Source: Anolis carolinensis (lineage: Eukaryota). Taken from it: 64,000 bases of DNA. Position 1 is the first letter of the stretch, and each line of letters begins with the position of its first letter. Below, piece after piece: positions 37,946 to 50,296 of the stretch. The notes beneath the pieces were generated by a model. It did not search any database and was not told where the DNA came from. It saw nothing but the letters and a program-made list of their open reading frames with translations. Where the stretch lies: contig NC_085842.1 in assembly GCF_035594765.1 (NCBI RefSeq), positions 221,537,747 to 221,601,746 of the forward strand, given 5' to 3'. The translations under genes were made by a program, and so were the position numbers.

Positions 37946-38897
37946 AGGATCTAGGAGTCTTAGTAGACCACAAGTTGAACATGAGGCAATAATGTGATGC
38001 AGCAGCCAAAAAAGCCAGTGGGATTCTAGGCTGCACCAATAGTAGTATAGTGTGGAAATCGAGGGAAGTCATAATCTCATTCTATTGTCAGGCCTCATCT
38101 GGAATAATGTGTCCAATTCTGGCACCACAATTTAAGAAAGATATTGACAAACTAGAACTTGTCCAGAAAAAGGTGACCAAAATGTTTGGAAACCACGCCC
38201 TCCCTATGAGGAGCGGCTTAGGGAGCTGGATATGTTCAGCTTGGAGAAAAGAAGGTTGAGAAAGGACATGATAGTCATAATTAAATATTTAAGATGGGTT
38301 CAGGCTTGTTTTCTGCTGCTCTGGAGACTAAGACATGGACCAATGAATTCTAATTACAGGGGAAAAACGATTCCACCTAAACATTAGGAAGACCTTTCTG
38401 ACTATAAGAACTGTTCGGCAATGGAATATGTTGTTTTGCAGGGTGGCAGACTATTTATTTATTTATTTACTTCATTTTATTTTATTATTTACTTATTATT
38501 TAGCTGTGTGGCATTGAATTTTTGCTGGAGCTGTAAGCCACCTTGAGTCCCCTCCGAGATTGAGAAAGGAAGGGTAAATTTTTACCCTTCCTTTCTCAAC
38601 CTCGGAGGGGACTCAAGGCGGCTTACAGCTCCAGAAAATACTCAATGCCACACAGCTAAATAATAAAACACATCTCATCAAAGTATAAACAATCTAAATA
38701 TACAAGCAATTAAAACACATATAAATCATTTAACAGATTAAAAACCATATAAAATGCTGAGTCATCCTTCTCTGGAGGTTTTTAAGCAAAGGCTAACTAG
38801 CCATATGTCAGGAATACTTTAATTGTGTTTTCCTGCATGGTCAAATAGGTTGGATGGCCCTTGTGATCTCTTCCAACCCTATGATTCTATGATTCTA
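37946..38897 (+). mobile_element. CR1 3' fragment interrupted at about 38452-38758
   Basis: gatctaggagtcttagtagaccacaagttgaacatgag... degenerate ORF2, ending ctatgattctatgattcta. Confidence 0.85.
38452..38758 (-). mobile_element. L2-like 3' tail insertion containing an 86-bp-arm palindrome
   Basis: (TAAA)n tail and gtaagccgccttgagtccc motif, present in both orientations around 38579. Confidence 0.7.
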
Positions 38898-39039
38898 GGT
38901 CAAGTCCTGACAAGAGAGAGGGAACAATTATAGACCTATGTCCCCCTTAAACTATTTTTGAGTCTTTTTGCTAAAGTGGACCTATAATAGTTATTGTTAT
39001 TTATAAATTATTATAAACCATGCTTCAAGAATGAATTCA

Positions 39040-39215
39040 TCAAGATCAAAATGACTTTATACCTAAATGGCAACATGAGGCAAATCATAGGCATTGTAGA
39101 GAATTGAAAGCACCATAATGAAAGAAAAGGCTGAAAAAGCCTTTGATAAACTGAATTGGGAATTCTTCATATCCCTAGCAGAAAAGATGGATTTAGGGAC
39201 AAATTATGTATTGAG
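39040..39215 (+). mobile_element. Degenerate L1 reverse-transcriptase fragment
   Basis: Translates to ..NMRQIIGI..AEKAFDKLNWEF... Confidence 0.6.
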
Positions 39216-39347
39216 AAACCAATTATGCTGTAGGAGGTAGAGTCTCAGGTTCAATTGCTGTATAGTGGTGATGTCACTTGTGGAACATCAGTGCCACTTT
39301 TACACAACATTCTATAAATAAAACCACCAGTATACCAGGCTCCTACT

Positions 39348-39636
39348 GTTCTGGAGACTAGGACATAGAGCAATTGACTCAAGTTGCAGGACAAGCCATG
39401 CCACCTAAACATTAGGAAGAACTTTCTGATGGCAGTTTTGCAGTGAAGTATGCTGCCTTTGATTGTGGTGGAATCTCCTTCACAGGAGGTTTTTAAGCAG
39501 AGGCTGGATGGCAATTTGTCAGGGGTGCTTTGAATGCGTGTTCCTACATGGCAGTGGTGGTGGTGGTGGTGGTGGGGGGGGGGGGGGTTAGATTGCATGG
39601 CCATTGTGGTATTTTCCAAATCTATGATTCTATGAT
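39348..39636 (+). mobile_element. CR1 3' end fragment
   Basis: ccacctaaacattaggaagaactttctga ... tctatgattctatga. Confidence 0.85.
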
Positions 39637-41431
39637 TTAAGACTCCTGGTTGATACTGACTCTATATTCAGAGAGGAGTATCACAAAGTATATAATATTA
39701 TTAGCTACATTTTTCCTGTTGAATGGTTTCCAAACAAAATGTAGCACACAATGGTTTGATGTCCATTAAAGATGACTCAGGAGGATAGAATGTTGATAAC
39801 TAGGTCTTATGATGCATATAACATGCATTAGTGATTGGCTGTTTATTTCTGAGTATTATCATTAAGCCTATCAAATTTTAATCATAAAATATTCAACTTT
39901 ATTGCCTGTGTAATTTTGAGATAACAGTACGGAGAGCACGATTCATTGCAGTCATTCTGCTCACTAAAGTACTTACTTTTTCATCAACCATAATTAACTT
40001 TTAATAGCTATTACTTTAATCTTAAATTAAAGACATTTGTGGCAGTCCATTTGACATGTAAACATTTTCTAGCTTGACTGGCATTCTTTCCTAATGAACT
40101 TTACTTTTAAATATTTGTTATTAAAGTATTAAGAATGGGGATAGCAACCATTCTGGGGGGTGAGGGAGGGGCTTCTTGTAGATTAGAACTCACATCAGTC
40201 CTGGCCAGTGTACTCAATAGTAAAGGATGATATGGATTGTGATCCATCTGGAAGGCTATTTGTTCCATATCCTTGTTGTAATTTATCCCCCCACCAAATG
40301 CACCCATCCTGTGATGATGGGGAATTCCCTATAGTGTTGGAAAGCTGTCATTATCATAGGATGTAATTTATAGGACCAACATTATTATGTTTGTTGTGGA
40401 TGGGATCCCTCTTTGTTGTCACTCTTGTAACCTGACCTGTTTTCTATGTCTTTCTATTGATGACACCATAGCACTATGGATCCTCGGATGATGTCCTGAG
40501 ATAAATCTGAGGACCTTATCACACATACCATGGGAAATGCCAGTAAAGTAGGTAACCTAAAGTTTACAAAGGCTCAATAAGAGCTCAATTCATACGGGAC
40601 ACATACAAACCACATAACAATCATGGTTCTCTCCTTCCCATCTATATCTATATATATAATAAAAGTGAATGTTTGTATGCGAGTATGCATCAGCGTTTTG
40701 ATTGGCCTGGCGGAATATGTGCTCGCGTTTTGATTGGCCGGCCGGAATATTGGCCAGCTTTCTGATTGACCTCCACTTTCACAGGCCACTGGGACTGCTG
40801 AGGCAAAAACTATTACCAACTGGCTTCGTTCGGCCTACTTATCTCCTCAGAACGAAGCTAGCTTTCGTACTGTTAACAGCCTTGGCCCACTCACACATTA
40901 ACAGCATTCTGAATCCAACTAATCTATATAGATAAAAGAGTGATGGCATCACGGCAATTCACAAAACAACAAAAGTACAGGCCCCCCAACCTCAAAATTT
41001 GACAACACAACCCATCATCCACGCCTCAAGGTTGATACAACAAAAAGAAAAGAAAAATAAAGTCCTAATTAGAGGGAGAGCAATAATTTATTTTATCCAA
41101 TTGCTGCCAGTTTAGAGGGCTAATCTCTGCCCACTTGGTTGCCTAGCAACCAAGGGACAGCCAGGTTTCAGTTAGGGGACAGGCTGATTGAGGCCTCACT
41201 TAGACTTCTTCCATAGATTATCAGATTTGCACTGGATTATATGGCAGTGTAGACTCAAGGCCCTTCCACACAGCTATATAAGCCATATATAATCTTATAT
41301 TATCTGCTTTGCACTGGATTATCTTGACTCCACACTGCCATAAAATCCACTTCAGTGGGCATTTTATACAGCTGTGAAGAAGGAGCCTCATATAATCCAG
41401 TTCTGAGCAGATAATATAAGATTAGAAATAT

Positions 41432-41951
41432 ACAGTAGAGTCTCACTTATCCAACGTAAACAGGCCGGCAGGATAAGTGAATATGTTGGATAATAAGAAG
41501 GGATTCAGGAAAAGCCAATTAAACATCAAATTAGGTAATCGTTATACAAATTAAGTACCAAAACATCATATTATACAACAAATTTGACAGAAAAAGTAGT
41601 TCCTTGCGCAGTAATGCTATGTAGTATTTACAGTAGAGTCTCACTTATCCAACACTTGCTTATCCAATGTTCTGGATTATCCAACACATTTTTGTAGTCA
41701 ATGCTTTCAATATATCGTGATATTTTGGTGCTAAATTCATAAATACAGTAATTACTATATAGCATTACTGTGTACTGAACTACTTTTTCTGACAAATTTG
41801 TTGTCTAACATGATGTTTTGGTGCTTAATTTGTAAAATCATAACTTAATTTGATGTTTAATAGGGTTATCCTTAATTCCTCATTATCCAACATATTCGCT
41901 TATCCAACGTTCTGCTGGCCCGTTTATGTTGGATAAGTGAGACTCTACTGT
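41432..41951. mobile_element. Nested Tc1/mariner MITEs captured in Helitron B
   Basis: cagtagagtctcacttatccaa termini; same family as 34530-34849. Confidence 0.8.
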
Positions 41952-42521
41952 ACTGTATTTACAAATTTACCACTAAAATATCACAATGAATTTAAAACAC
42001 TAACTACAAAAACATTGATTATGAAAAGGCAGACTGCGTTGGATAATCCAGAACATTGTATAAGCGAATGTTGGATAAGTGAGATTCTTCTTTAATATGA
42101 AATAATTACTGGGATAGAATAATGCAGAACAATATAATCTCTAAAACCAGGACAGTAAATAAACAGGGGAATTCCACACAGGAAACAATCAGGGCCAGCT
42201 AACACCTCCCAACAAAGTATTCCCATCATCAAAGTCTGGCAAATCCTGTTTTCTCAGGGCCACAGACAGTAGAAGCACATAAAATATCGCAAACAACACC
42301 ACTCTGAAAACAAGGGAATTCCAAACAGGAAAGAATCAGGGCCAGCTAACACCTCCCAACAAAAAATTCACTCAGGGAGGAAACAGCCAGGCTTTAAAGC
42401 TGCAAGGCCATTACATCCTAATCATTTTTCCTAATTGCAGCATTCATACTTGCCTCCAACAAACAAACAAACAAAAAACCAAACAGAAATATTGTATATT
42501 CACAACCTTTAGGAAATAATA

Positions 42522-42826
42522 TCCCCTGATGGCGCAGCGTGTTAAAGCGCTGAGCTGCTGAACTTCTGGACTGAAAGGCCACAGGTTTGAATTGGGGGAG
42601 CGGAGAGAGCCCCCACTGTTAGCCCCAGCTTCTGCCAACCCAGAAGTTCGAAAACATGCAAATGTGAGGCGGGAAGGTAACGCCGCTCCATGTAGTCATC
42701 CCACATGACCTTGGAGGAGTCTACGGACAACGCCGGCTCTTCAGCTTAGAAATGGAGATGAGCACCAACCTCCAGAGTAAGACACGACTGGACTTAATGT
42801 CTGGGGAAAACCTTTACCCTTGACCT
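42522..42826 (+). mobile_element. Sauria SINE carried by Helitron B
   Basis: Homologous to the other Sauria SINEs; at the same position in the second Helitron B copy. Confidence 0.88.
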
Positions 42827-43529
42827 TAACTACCACCAATTCCTCAATACTTTATTTCCCATACCACCAGACTTCGCCACAGCAACGCGTGGCCGGGCAC
42901 AGCTAGTGATGGAAAATAATTATGTTTTAATGCTTCTTTTGTTTATGAAAACTTCTACCCCCTCACCTCACACCCCCCCCCCCAGCGCTTCTACTGACAG
43001 GCCAAGGCCTTTGCAGGCTGCTAGGCCCTGCTAGGCCGCAAAGGAGGGGGCCATCTCCCCCCCCCCCCCAATACTGTTCCAAAGACAGGTTTTCCCTGGC
43101 TCATTGGGACACAGTACTATTCACAGCTGACTAAAGAGAAAATAATGACTATCTTTTTATTCTTTCCTTTTAAGGATTGTTTACTCCCTCCCCCCTCCCA
43201 GTTTTTACTGAGGCAAAAAACTACCACAGAGCAGGCTTGGGCCTACTAACTCTAACAGGCCTGACACATACAGTCCCCATGACCTACTATACACCAGGGC
43301 ACTGTTTGGAGTGGGATGGACCATGGATGATGGACTTGCATATGGGAGTTGTAGTTCACCTGCCCCCACTGAACCCACCTAGGTCTTATTTATACTACTA
43401 TTGCTTGACGTTACCTTTATGTTTTATTTATATGGTGGATGTTAGCACGTGGCTTAATGACCTTGCAAGCCAAATATCAGAATTAAATAAATAAATAAAT
43501 AAATGTCTCAATGGTATGTATGGTTGGAA

Positions 43530-43755
43530 TGACCTTCTGTCAGGAGGGCTTGGATGGTGTCTTCCTTTACAGCAGAAGGGGCTGGACTGGATGACCTTCA
43601 GAGACCCCTTTCAAATCTAGGACTCTTATCTATCTCCCAATCATATTTATGACAGGATGGCCATCTGTCGGCAGGGCTTGGATGCTGTCTTCCTCTATGG
43701 CAGAAGGGGGTTCGACTAGATGGCCTTTGGGCACCCCTTCTAACTCTAGGATTGT
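43530..43755 (+). mobile_element. Two tandem CR1 3'-terminal fragments within Helitron A
   Basis: Repeated ..ctgtc..gagggcttggat..tgtcttcct..gcagaagggg... Confidence 0.7.
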
Positions 43756-43849
43756 ATGAAAGCCTTTAAACCAGCCATGGCCCAACTTGGGCCCTCCAGG
43801 TGTTTTGGACTCCAACTCCCACACTTCCAGACAGCCTACCCCATGATGC

Positions 43850-44420
43850 ACTTTATATGTTGCAGCAGTTTGGGGGAGGATGGACCAAGGACCATCGAAT
43901 TTGCAGTACCTTCATCTAATTCACCTCCCACAGGCCACTGTGATTCCCATGAATGACGAATCTGTACCAAACTTGATACACAGGTGCAATGTGGCCCCCT
44001 TTATGCCCTGGTCCAGTTTGGCGCAGGGTGGGCCATGGATGATGGGATTTGCAGTACCCTCACCCAATTCACCTCCCATGGACCACTGTGATACCCATGA
44101 AAGATGAAACAGTACCATACTTGACACACAGGTGCAATGTGACACAATTTATGTCCTGGTGTAGTTTGCAGGAGAATGCACCAAGGATGATGGGATTTCC
44201 AGTACCTTCATCCAATTCACCTCCCACAGACCACTGTGATGCCCATGAATGATGAAACTGTACCAAACTTGACACACAAGTGCAATGTGGCCAGCTTTAA
44301 GTCCTCCTGCCCTTTGAGGAAACAACTGACCAGGGAAGATGGGATTTACAGTACCTTCACTCACTTCCTCAGACCACTGCAACCCACACCAATGACTGAT
44401 CAAGATCAAACTTGACACAT
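43850..44420. repeat. 148-bp diverged tandem repeat within Helitron A
   Basis: acca(a/t)acttga.acaca.gtgcaatgtg at 43966, 44114 and 44262, with weaker further copies. Confidence 0.85.
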
Positions 44421-44698
44421 CGCGTCCCCATGACCTACTTTACATCCTGGCGCTATTTGGAGGGGGATGGACCATGGACTTACATATGGGAGTTGTAGTT
44501 CACCCATACAAATTGAAGACAACTGACACTGGATCGAGACTAAACTTGGAACAAAGGCAAACAATTCCATTCTCAAATAACCCGGGCACCGCCGGGCCCC
44601 CAAACTAGTATCTAATAAATAAAACACTTTGATTCATCATATGGCAGAGAGATGACTCCTTCCAATCTATCCCATGTTCCCCTAAGACTATGTTTTCC

Positions 44699-44701
44699 TT
44701 T

Positions 44702-44765
<64 letters not shown>

Positions 44766-44767
44766 TC
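44699..44767. repeat. (TTTC)n microsatellite
   Basis: Direct observation. Confidence 0.95.
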
Positions 44768-44898
44768 ATTGGCAGATCATGGGCAACCACATAAGTTTGT
44801 AATCACTGTCCAAATGACAAAAGGTTACACATATTTTGCTCCTGTGGAGCTGTGCAGTCCCTCACAGTCTGTTCAACTACTTTTAGCAATGTAAACCC

Positions 44899-44949
<51 letters not shown>

Positions 44950-44982
44950 CACCACCACCACCACCACCATCATCATCATCAT
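44899..44982. repeat. Compound (AAT)n(CAC)n(CAT)n microsatellite
   Basis: Direct observation. Confidence 0.95.
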
Positions 44983-45093
44983 TTCAATGGAAATCTCAAG
45001 ACCTGTTACATCACATCTAGCAAGCCACATCCCACAATGTGTTAGACTATTTCTGGTAAGGCAAGCCCCACAATCTGTTATATTATTATTATT

Positions 45094-45365
45094 GTATGAC
45101 ACAGCAAACAAGATAGATATGCTGGATTTCGTTTCACAAAATCACAAGTCGAACACTTCCCAAGTGTCTAGGACAGTGTGATGTATTTTCGGATGATGCA
45201 CGCAGATCTCAGTAGGGTGGCCTTTTACAGTTGGCAGATTGTAATTTTGTCAATGTCTATTGTTTCCAAATGCCGGCTGAGATCTTTTGGCACGGCACCC
45301 AGTGTGCCCATCACCACCTGGACCACCTGCACTGGTTTCTGCCAGAGTCTTTGAAGTTCAATCTT
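45094..45365 (-). mobile_element. R4/Dong-clade 3' end between (TAT)n tracts
   Basis: Homologous to 5036-5447. Confidence 0.8.
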
Positions 45366-45367
45366 AA

Positions 45368-45417
<50 letters not shown>

Positions 45418-47772
45418 TCAGTGGGAATCCCATGATCTGTTACATGACTTTTGGCAAGGCAAGCCCCATGATCTGTTAGCAGGGCAAGCTGAATACAGAC
45501 GAATGGACCATCATGTTAAAACCTGTGCCTATGACACATGCAGTGATGAGTGAAGATGGTTTCCAATCTGTTTTACCAAAGGTACGGTCTGCAGATCATT
45601 TGCCTGAGTACCTATGGATTATCTACGAAAGGGATTTTGCATCATGTGATGGGACCCGTAGGCACCAGTAGGCAAAGAGTGCCAGGTATGGGGAAAAGGA
45701 CTGTTTGAGATGAGATCCTGACTATCTCCTTCAAACAATGATTCTCTGCACTGTAAGATGTGTCAAAACTGCCCCCACTCATCAATTCAGATATTAATCC
45801 ACTCCCCTGTCAACTCACTGAAGTCAGATATCTACATAAGTGACCTAATCTTTATATGTAGATAATATCTAAATAAATGACCTATTCTTTATATGTAGAC
45901 TTCACCTATGAAGTGTACACTTTCTTGGTCTACATCATGGACATATCTAATTTGTTAGAGCAGCTCCTAAATCATATATAATTGGGTTAGGTGGAGATAG
46001 CCAAATGAGATGAAATAGTTATACTGGAAGGGGTGCAGTTTCCAAGTACACAAACTTTATTCTGTTCCAAAATTGAAGGTTGAGGGTACAATCTTGCACC
46101 TGGAAAAGACATTTAAGGAAAACAAGTAGTGTAAAATAAAATTTGCATCATCCATTCAGTTTACAGATTAGAAAAGTTAAAAGAAATATATTTCAAAAGT
46201 ATATTGGCAAATTAGCTAATGTGATTGGGGAACCAGAGGATTTAATTTCTATCTTTGGAGATGCAAAAGGATTAATAACTAGTTTAGAGAAGACATTGGC
46301 TTTGTTTAATGTTCTTCATGAGTAGACAAAGCTACTTCTACCTTCTTTGTGGAAGGTATATATGCTAACACAGCTTTTATAAGCCTTTAAAATGATGCTA
46401 TGATAGGGAGAGTGTTTTGGGTCTTCCTAAAGAAACATTGCCAACTAAATACCAAATACTCTTGCTTTCCTATAATGTTTAAAGAGAAAATTCTCAAATT
46501 GGGGGAGGGAGGCAGAGAATTGTTCCACCAGTGTGTCCCTTTTGATATATTTGTTTGTTCTGACTGTCACAAAATACCCTCTGTTTTTTAGCCTTCTGTC
46601 AAATAGTTGGTTGTCAAAGATGTAACAGTTTAGTTATATAATCTTCTCCTTCATTTCATTTATGAAAAATTCTTCAGATCATAGACTGTTCCATAAACTG
46701 AAGGGAGATTTCCAAAGAAAAAACTCTACTGGATATGTTCCATTACAAAAACATTGCTTCAGTGGATTTGGCTCAGACATAAATGAAATCCTTTCTATAA
46801 ATTCACCACAAATTTTAAATACACAAAAAAGAGCATTAACACTTGCTATAGTTGTTTAAAAAGAACAAGAAGCAAACCCCTGCCACAGATTGAACTTCAA
46901 TTTGCATCTAAATGACAACAGAGTTTGATTAAAACATTTTGATGCACAAAAGCAAAGAGAATGGGGCAATAAAATGAATAAATGTAGCCAAAGTCAGCTA
47001 TTTTAAATCCTGCCATATACATTGTATATGAATGTTTACCAGGAACTGGCTTAATTGTAGTGAATTGTACATTTCAAAGGAGAAAATAAAGCATGTTACT
47101 TCATTATATTTAACAGTAAAAGAAAGCCAAGGTTAAACTGAATTTCCTTCTACATAAAGATAGCAGAGAAATGAATTTGGTTTGCATTTAAATGTAATTG
47201 CTTATTGCATATTTTTCAATGTATAATGTCATACTTTGTTGGTTCCAGATTTTTTTTTTTGTAATGCACTTCTTCAGTTAAAATAAAAAAGTATACAAAA
47301 CTGAATGTGTTAGGATAAATCATACACAAAAACAGGCACAATGAAACAGTGTACCAAATAGCACAGAGGAAACACTTACATATTATGAAATTATGTACAA
47401 AAAAATCATATATTTGGAGACATTGATATAAAAATGCATTTGAATTTTCACACTGATTTTTTTCCAGAATTTTACAGAATTTGCAAGCTGATAAAACAAA
47501 TTTCTGATATGTGTATGTGCGTGGAAATGTGACAAGCAAAAACTGACAGATTCATCCATATTATCTAGTCCTTACTTGGCTATGAAATTTGCTACATGAT
47601 CTTGATCCAGTCTTGTCTCGACTTTTACTTACCTCATGGGCTTGTTCTGATGATAAAAGAGGATGAAACTGTACATTAACTCAAGCTCATAGGATGAAAA
47701 GAAATATCAAAATGCAGGTGGTCTTCTACTTTTGATGCCATTAGTGCTGAAATCACTCCATGCAAACATACC

Positions 47773-47899
47773 GGACACATGACCTTGGAGGTGTCTACAG
47801 ACAACACTGGCTCTTCAGCTTAGAAATGGAGATGAGCACCAACCTCCTGAGTTGTACACAACTAGACTTAATGTCAGGTGAAAACCTTTACCTTTACCT
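47773..47899 (+). mobile_element. Sauria SINE 3' portion
   Basis: cacatgaccttggagg...acctttacctttacc. Confidence 0.85.
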
Positions 47900-48004
47900 A
47901 GTGATGCAAATTGTCAAGACATGGTTACTCAAGGCTTCTCTAGGGCTGAGGTTTCACAAAAGCAAATGAGGATCCAAAGTTATGTTTTGCATAAGGTAAC
48001 AACT

Positions 48005-48172
48005 GCTATATCTCAATGCTATGGTATTCTGTGAGTTGTAGTTAGGTGAGGCACCAGTCCTGCTTGATAAAGAATTCAAAAAACTTTTTAAACCTAAAAC
48101 TCTCTTAATTCCATAAAATTGAGCAATGGGAGTTGAAGTGTGTGAAACTGCATTGATTCTACATTGTAGATG
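48005..48172. mobile_element. MITE fragment (7122-7732 family)
   Basis: ctcaatgctatgg...aaactgcattgattctacattgtagatg. Confidence 0.6.
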
Positions 48173-50232
48173 ATATGTGGAAAGAAGACGTGATTGTTTT
48201 TTCTATATTAACCACAGGGCTGGGGTCAGGGAGAGAAAGAAAGACAGAGACTCAATCTACCTAGTAGACAAGCTGTCAAGGAAGGATTTCAGAACAGAAG
48301 ACAACAGAACAGAAACTATTTCCAAGAACAATATTTTCTGCCTGGAAACTTACACAAACATTAAAATCAAGTTAGATAATAGATTAAACAGAACCGGTTC
48401 CTCTGTTAGGCACCTACAAAACTACTTCAGGAACTAGTTCCACGTTGGGATAGTAGCCACAGGATCTTTTAATTACAGATCGGAACCTAACCTAAAAATA
48501 TGGGTTTTTTTTTCTTATTCAAGTTTGCTGAGATATGTTGATGCTGATGCACATCTCCATGTCCATCTGGGATCAGCACTATACCATGGCAAGGCACAAG
48601 AAAGGAGAACAAAAGGCTGGAAAGTGAGCCTTCCCATACAAATAATGCCATTTCTTCTCCCAGGGAAATTAATATTTGCCAGCCAGCTGTGTTTCACTGT
48701 GTTTTGAAGTGTTTCAGAGCTAGAGGTGTCCTGATAAGTTTTTGGCACTTTCTAGTCCTGGCTTTGAGCTGAGCATGAGATATACTCTAATCGGCGATGG
48801 CACATTATTTGGTGTGTTCTGGACTTCCTAGTGAGTTTTTTAATGGGCTTTTTCTGGCTTGATGTGAGCTTCAGTGCACATTGGGGGTGTGTGCATTGTG
48901 TGGACACTCTGCTCTTGAGTCAGCTTTGAACTACATTATAGTGTTTGTGTAGAACTGCCCTGAAGCCCAGAATCTTCTTCTCTTCCATTGTAGATGGAGG
49001 TGATACATGGACCACTCAACTGTGTTTGCATCAAGTTGATGGATGATCTATGCAACAAGAAGATACTGCCATGGTGTTCTTGCCAGTTTTTTGTTAGTAT
49101 GAGGTGTTTATTTAAAAAGAGAGTTGTTGCAATCTACCATAAAATTACCTTTCATGTATAGTTCAGTAAAATAGAGTGCTAGATGCAATGAAGCAATGAG
49201 GCAGCTACTGACATTAAGTGGATGCATGTAGAGGAGATTAACTGTTCCAAGAGTATTTGGCAGTGAAGGCTACCCAAACCCTGATGTTTACCTGCAAGCA
49301 GTTTTTGAATGCATAATTTGTGTTTTTGTCTCACTTTCAAGCCAAATGTACCGCTTTATCTCTATGAGACAGATGTGAGTGAGGAAGAAAACCGTTGCTC
49401 TATCAGAATAGATGGCATAATGTGAAACTCAAAGCCAGTTCAAATCCATCTCCCAAGATGAATCCCCAGACTATTAGCCACTTATGGGCAAATGGGAGGT
49501 GCTTGATGTTAGAACTGTGGGAAAATATCTTCTCAAGGATGTCTACCCAAAGTGTGGTCATATAATTTAATTGAGCCTCCAGCAGGGGGTCATTTTACCA
49601 TTTTTCTCCAAGAGAGATAGTTTTGGATGGATGTGGCTCGCAATCAGCTATGCCCTTGGGGGGAATGCAGTGGCCAGAGAGGGCAAGGGAAGAAGATAGG
49701 GGCTAAAATCCGCCTTCATTCTTGGAATTCCTATCAGAACAACTGCCACAGCCCATTCTAATTACCGTTACCCTCCTCCTGCCTCTGTCAGCCTGCTCAT
49801 CTATCCTTATGGTGGGAGGAAGGTAAGGAGAGTGGCTGTTGTAAAAATCTCCTTCAATGTAATTGTCCTTCTTTTCCTTTGCCTCAAGCAAGATGATGAC
49901 ACCGAAGATTTTTGCAATAGCTATCTAATAGCATGCATGTTTGGAGAACTTACAATATTTGCAGTTTTTCTACCTTTACAAAAGTTGAGGGCTGATGGTA
50001 CAATGAGTAAAAACAACAACATATGCATGGATTTCCATAGTGAAAGAAGAAGAAGGAAACACTGTATTGTCAATTCAAATAATTCATATTGGACTTCAGT
50101 GATCTGCAGGAGGGAGGAGGCTAAACTGGGCTCAACCTGACCTCCTTCTCAGCCATCCCTTGGCAAGGCACCCAAGCTCTGTGCTATTGATTATTTTAAT
50201 CAAGTACCCAGCCAAACCAACAACAGTAACAA

Positions 50233-50296
50233 CAACGTCAGGAGAGAATGCTTCTGGCACATGGACATACAGCTCAGAAAACTGATAACAACCCAA
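50233..50296 (+). mobile_element. Penelope pseudo-LTR fragment
   Basis: aacgtcaggagagaatgcttctgg...caaccca, homologous to 17880-17945. Confidence 0.65.

Larger units (their letters stand above)
40923..42906 (+). mobile_element. Non-autonomous Helitron B nested in Helitron A
   Basis: 5' TCtatatagataaaag; 3' gccacagcaacgcgtggc hairpin then CTAG; A|T target; second copy from 62804. Confidence 0.85.
40641..44608 (+). mobile_element. Non-autonomous Helitron A (outer)
   Basis: 5' TCtata(tc)tatatatataataaaag; 3' GC hairpin cccgggcaccgccggg then CTAG; inserted between A and T with no TSD. Pairing of these two ends is inferred. Confidence 0.7.

Noticed and set aside
44605-45479. Poly-Ile, poly-Tyr and KERK-repeat ORFs
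   Set aside because: Translations of microsatellites.
45483-45581. 99-bp in-frame exon candidate (GKLNTDEW...VLPK)
   Set aside because: Weak pyrimidine tract lying within a target-site duplication; no recognisable homology.
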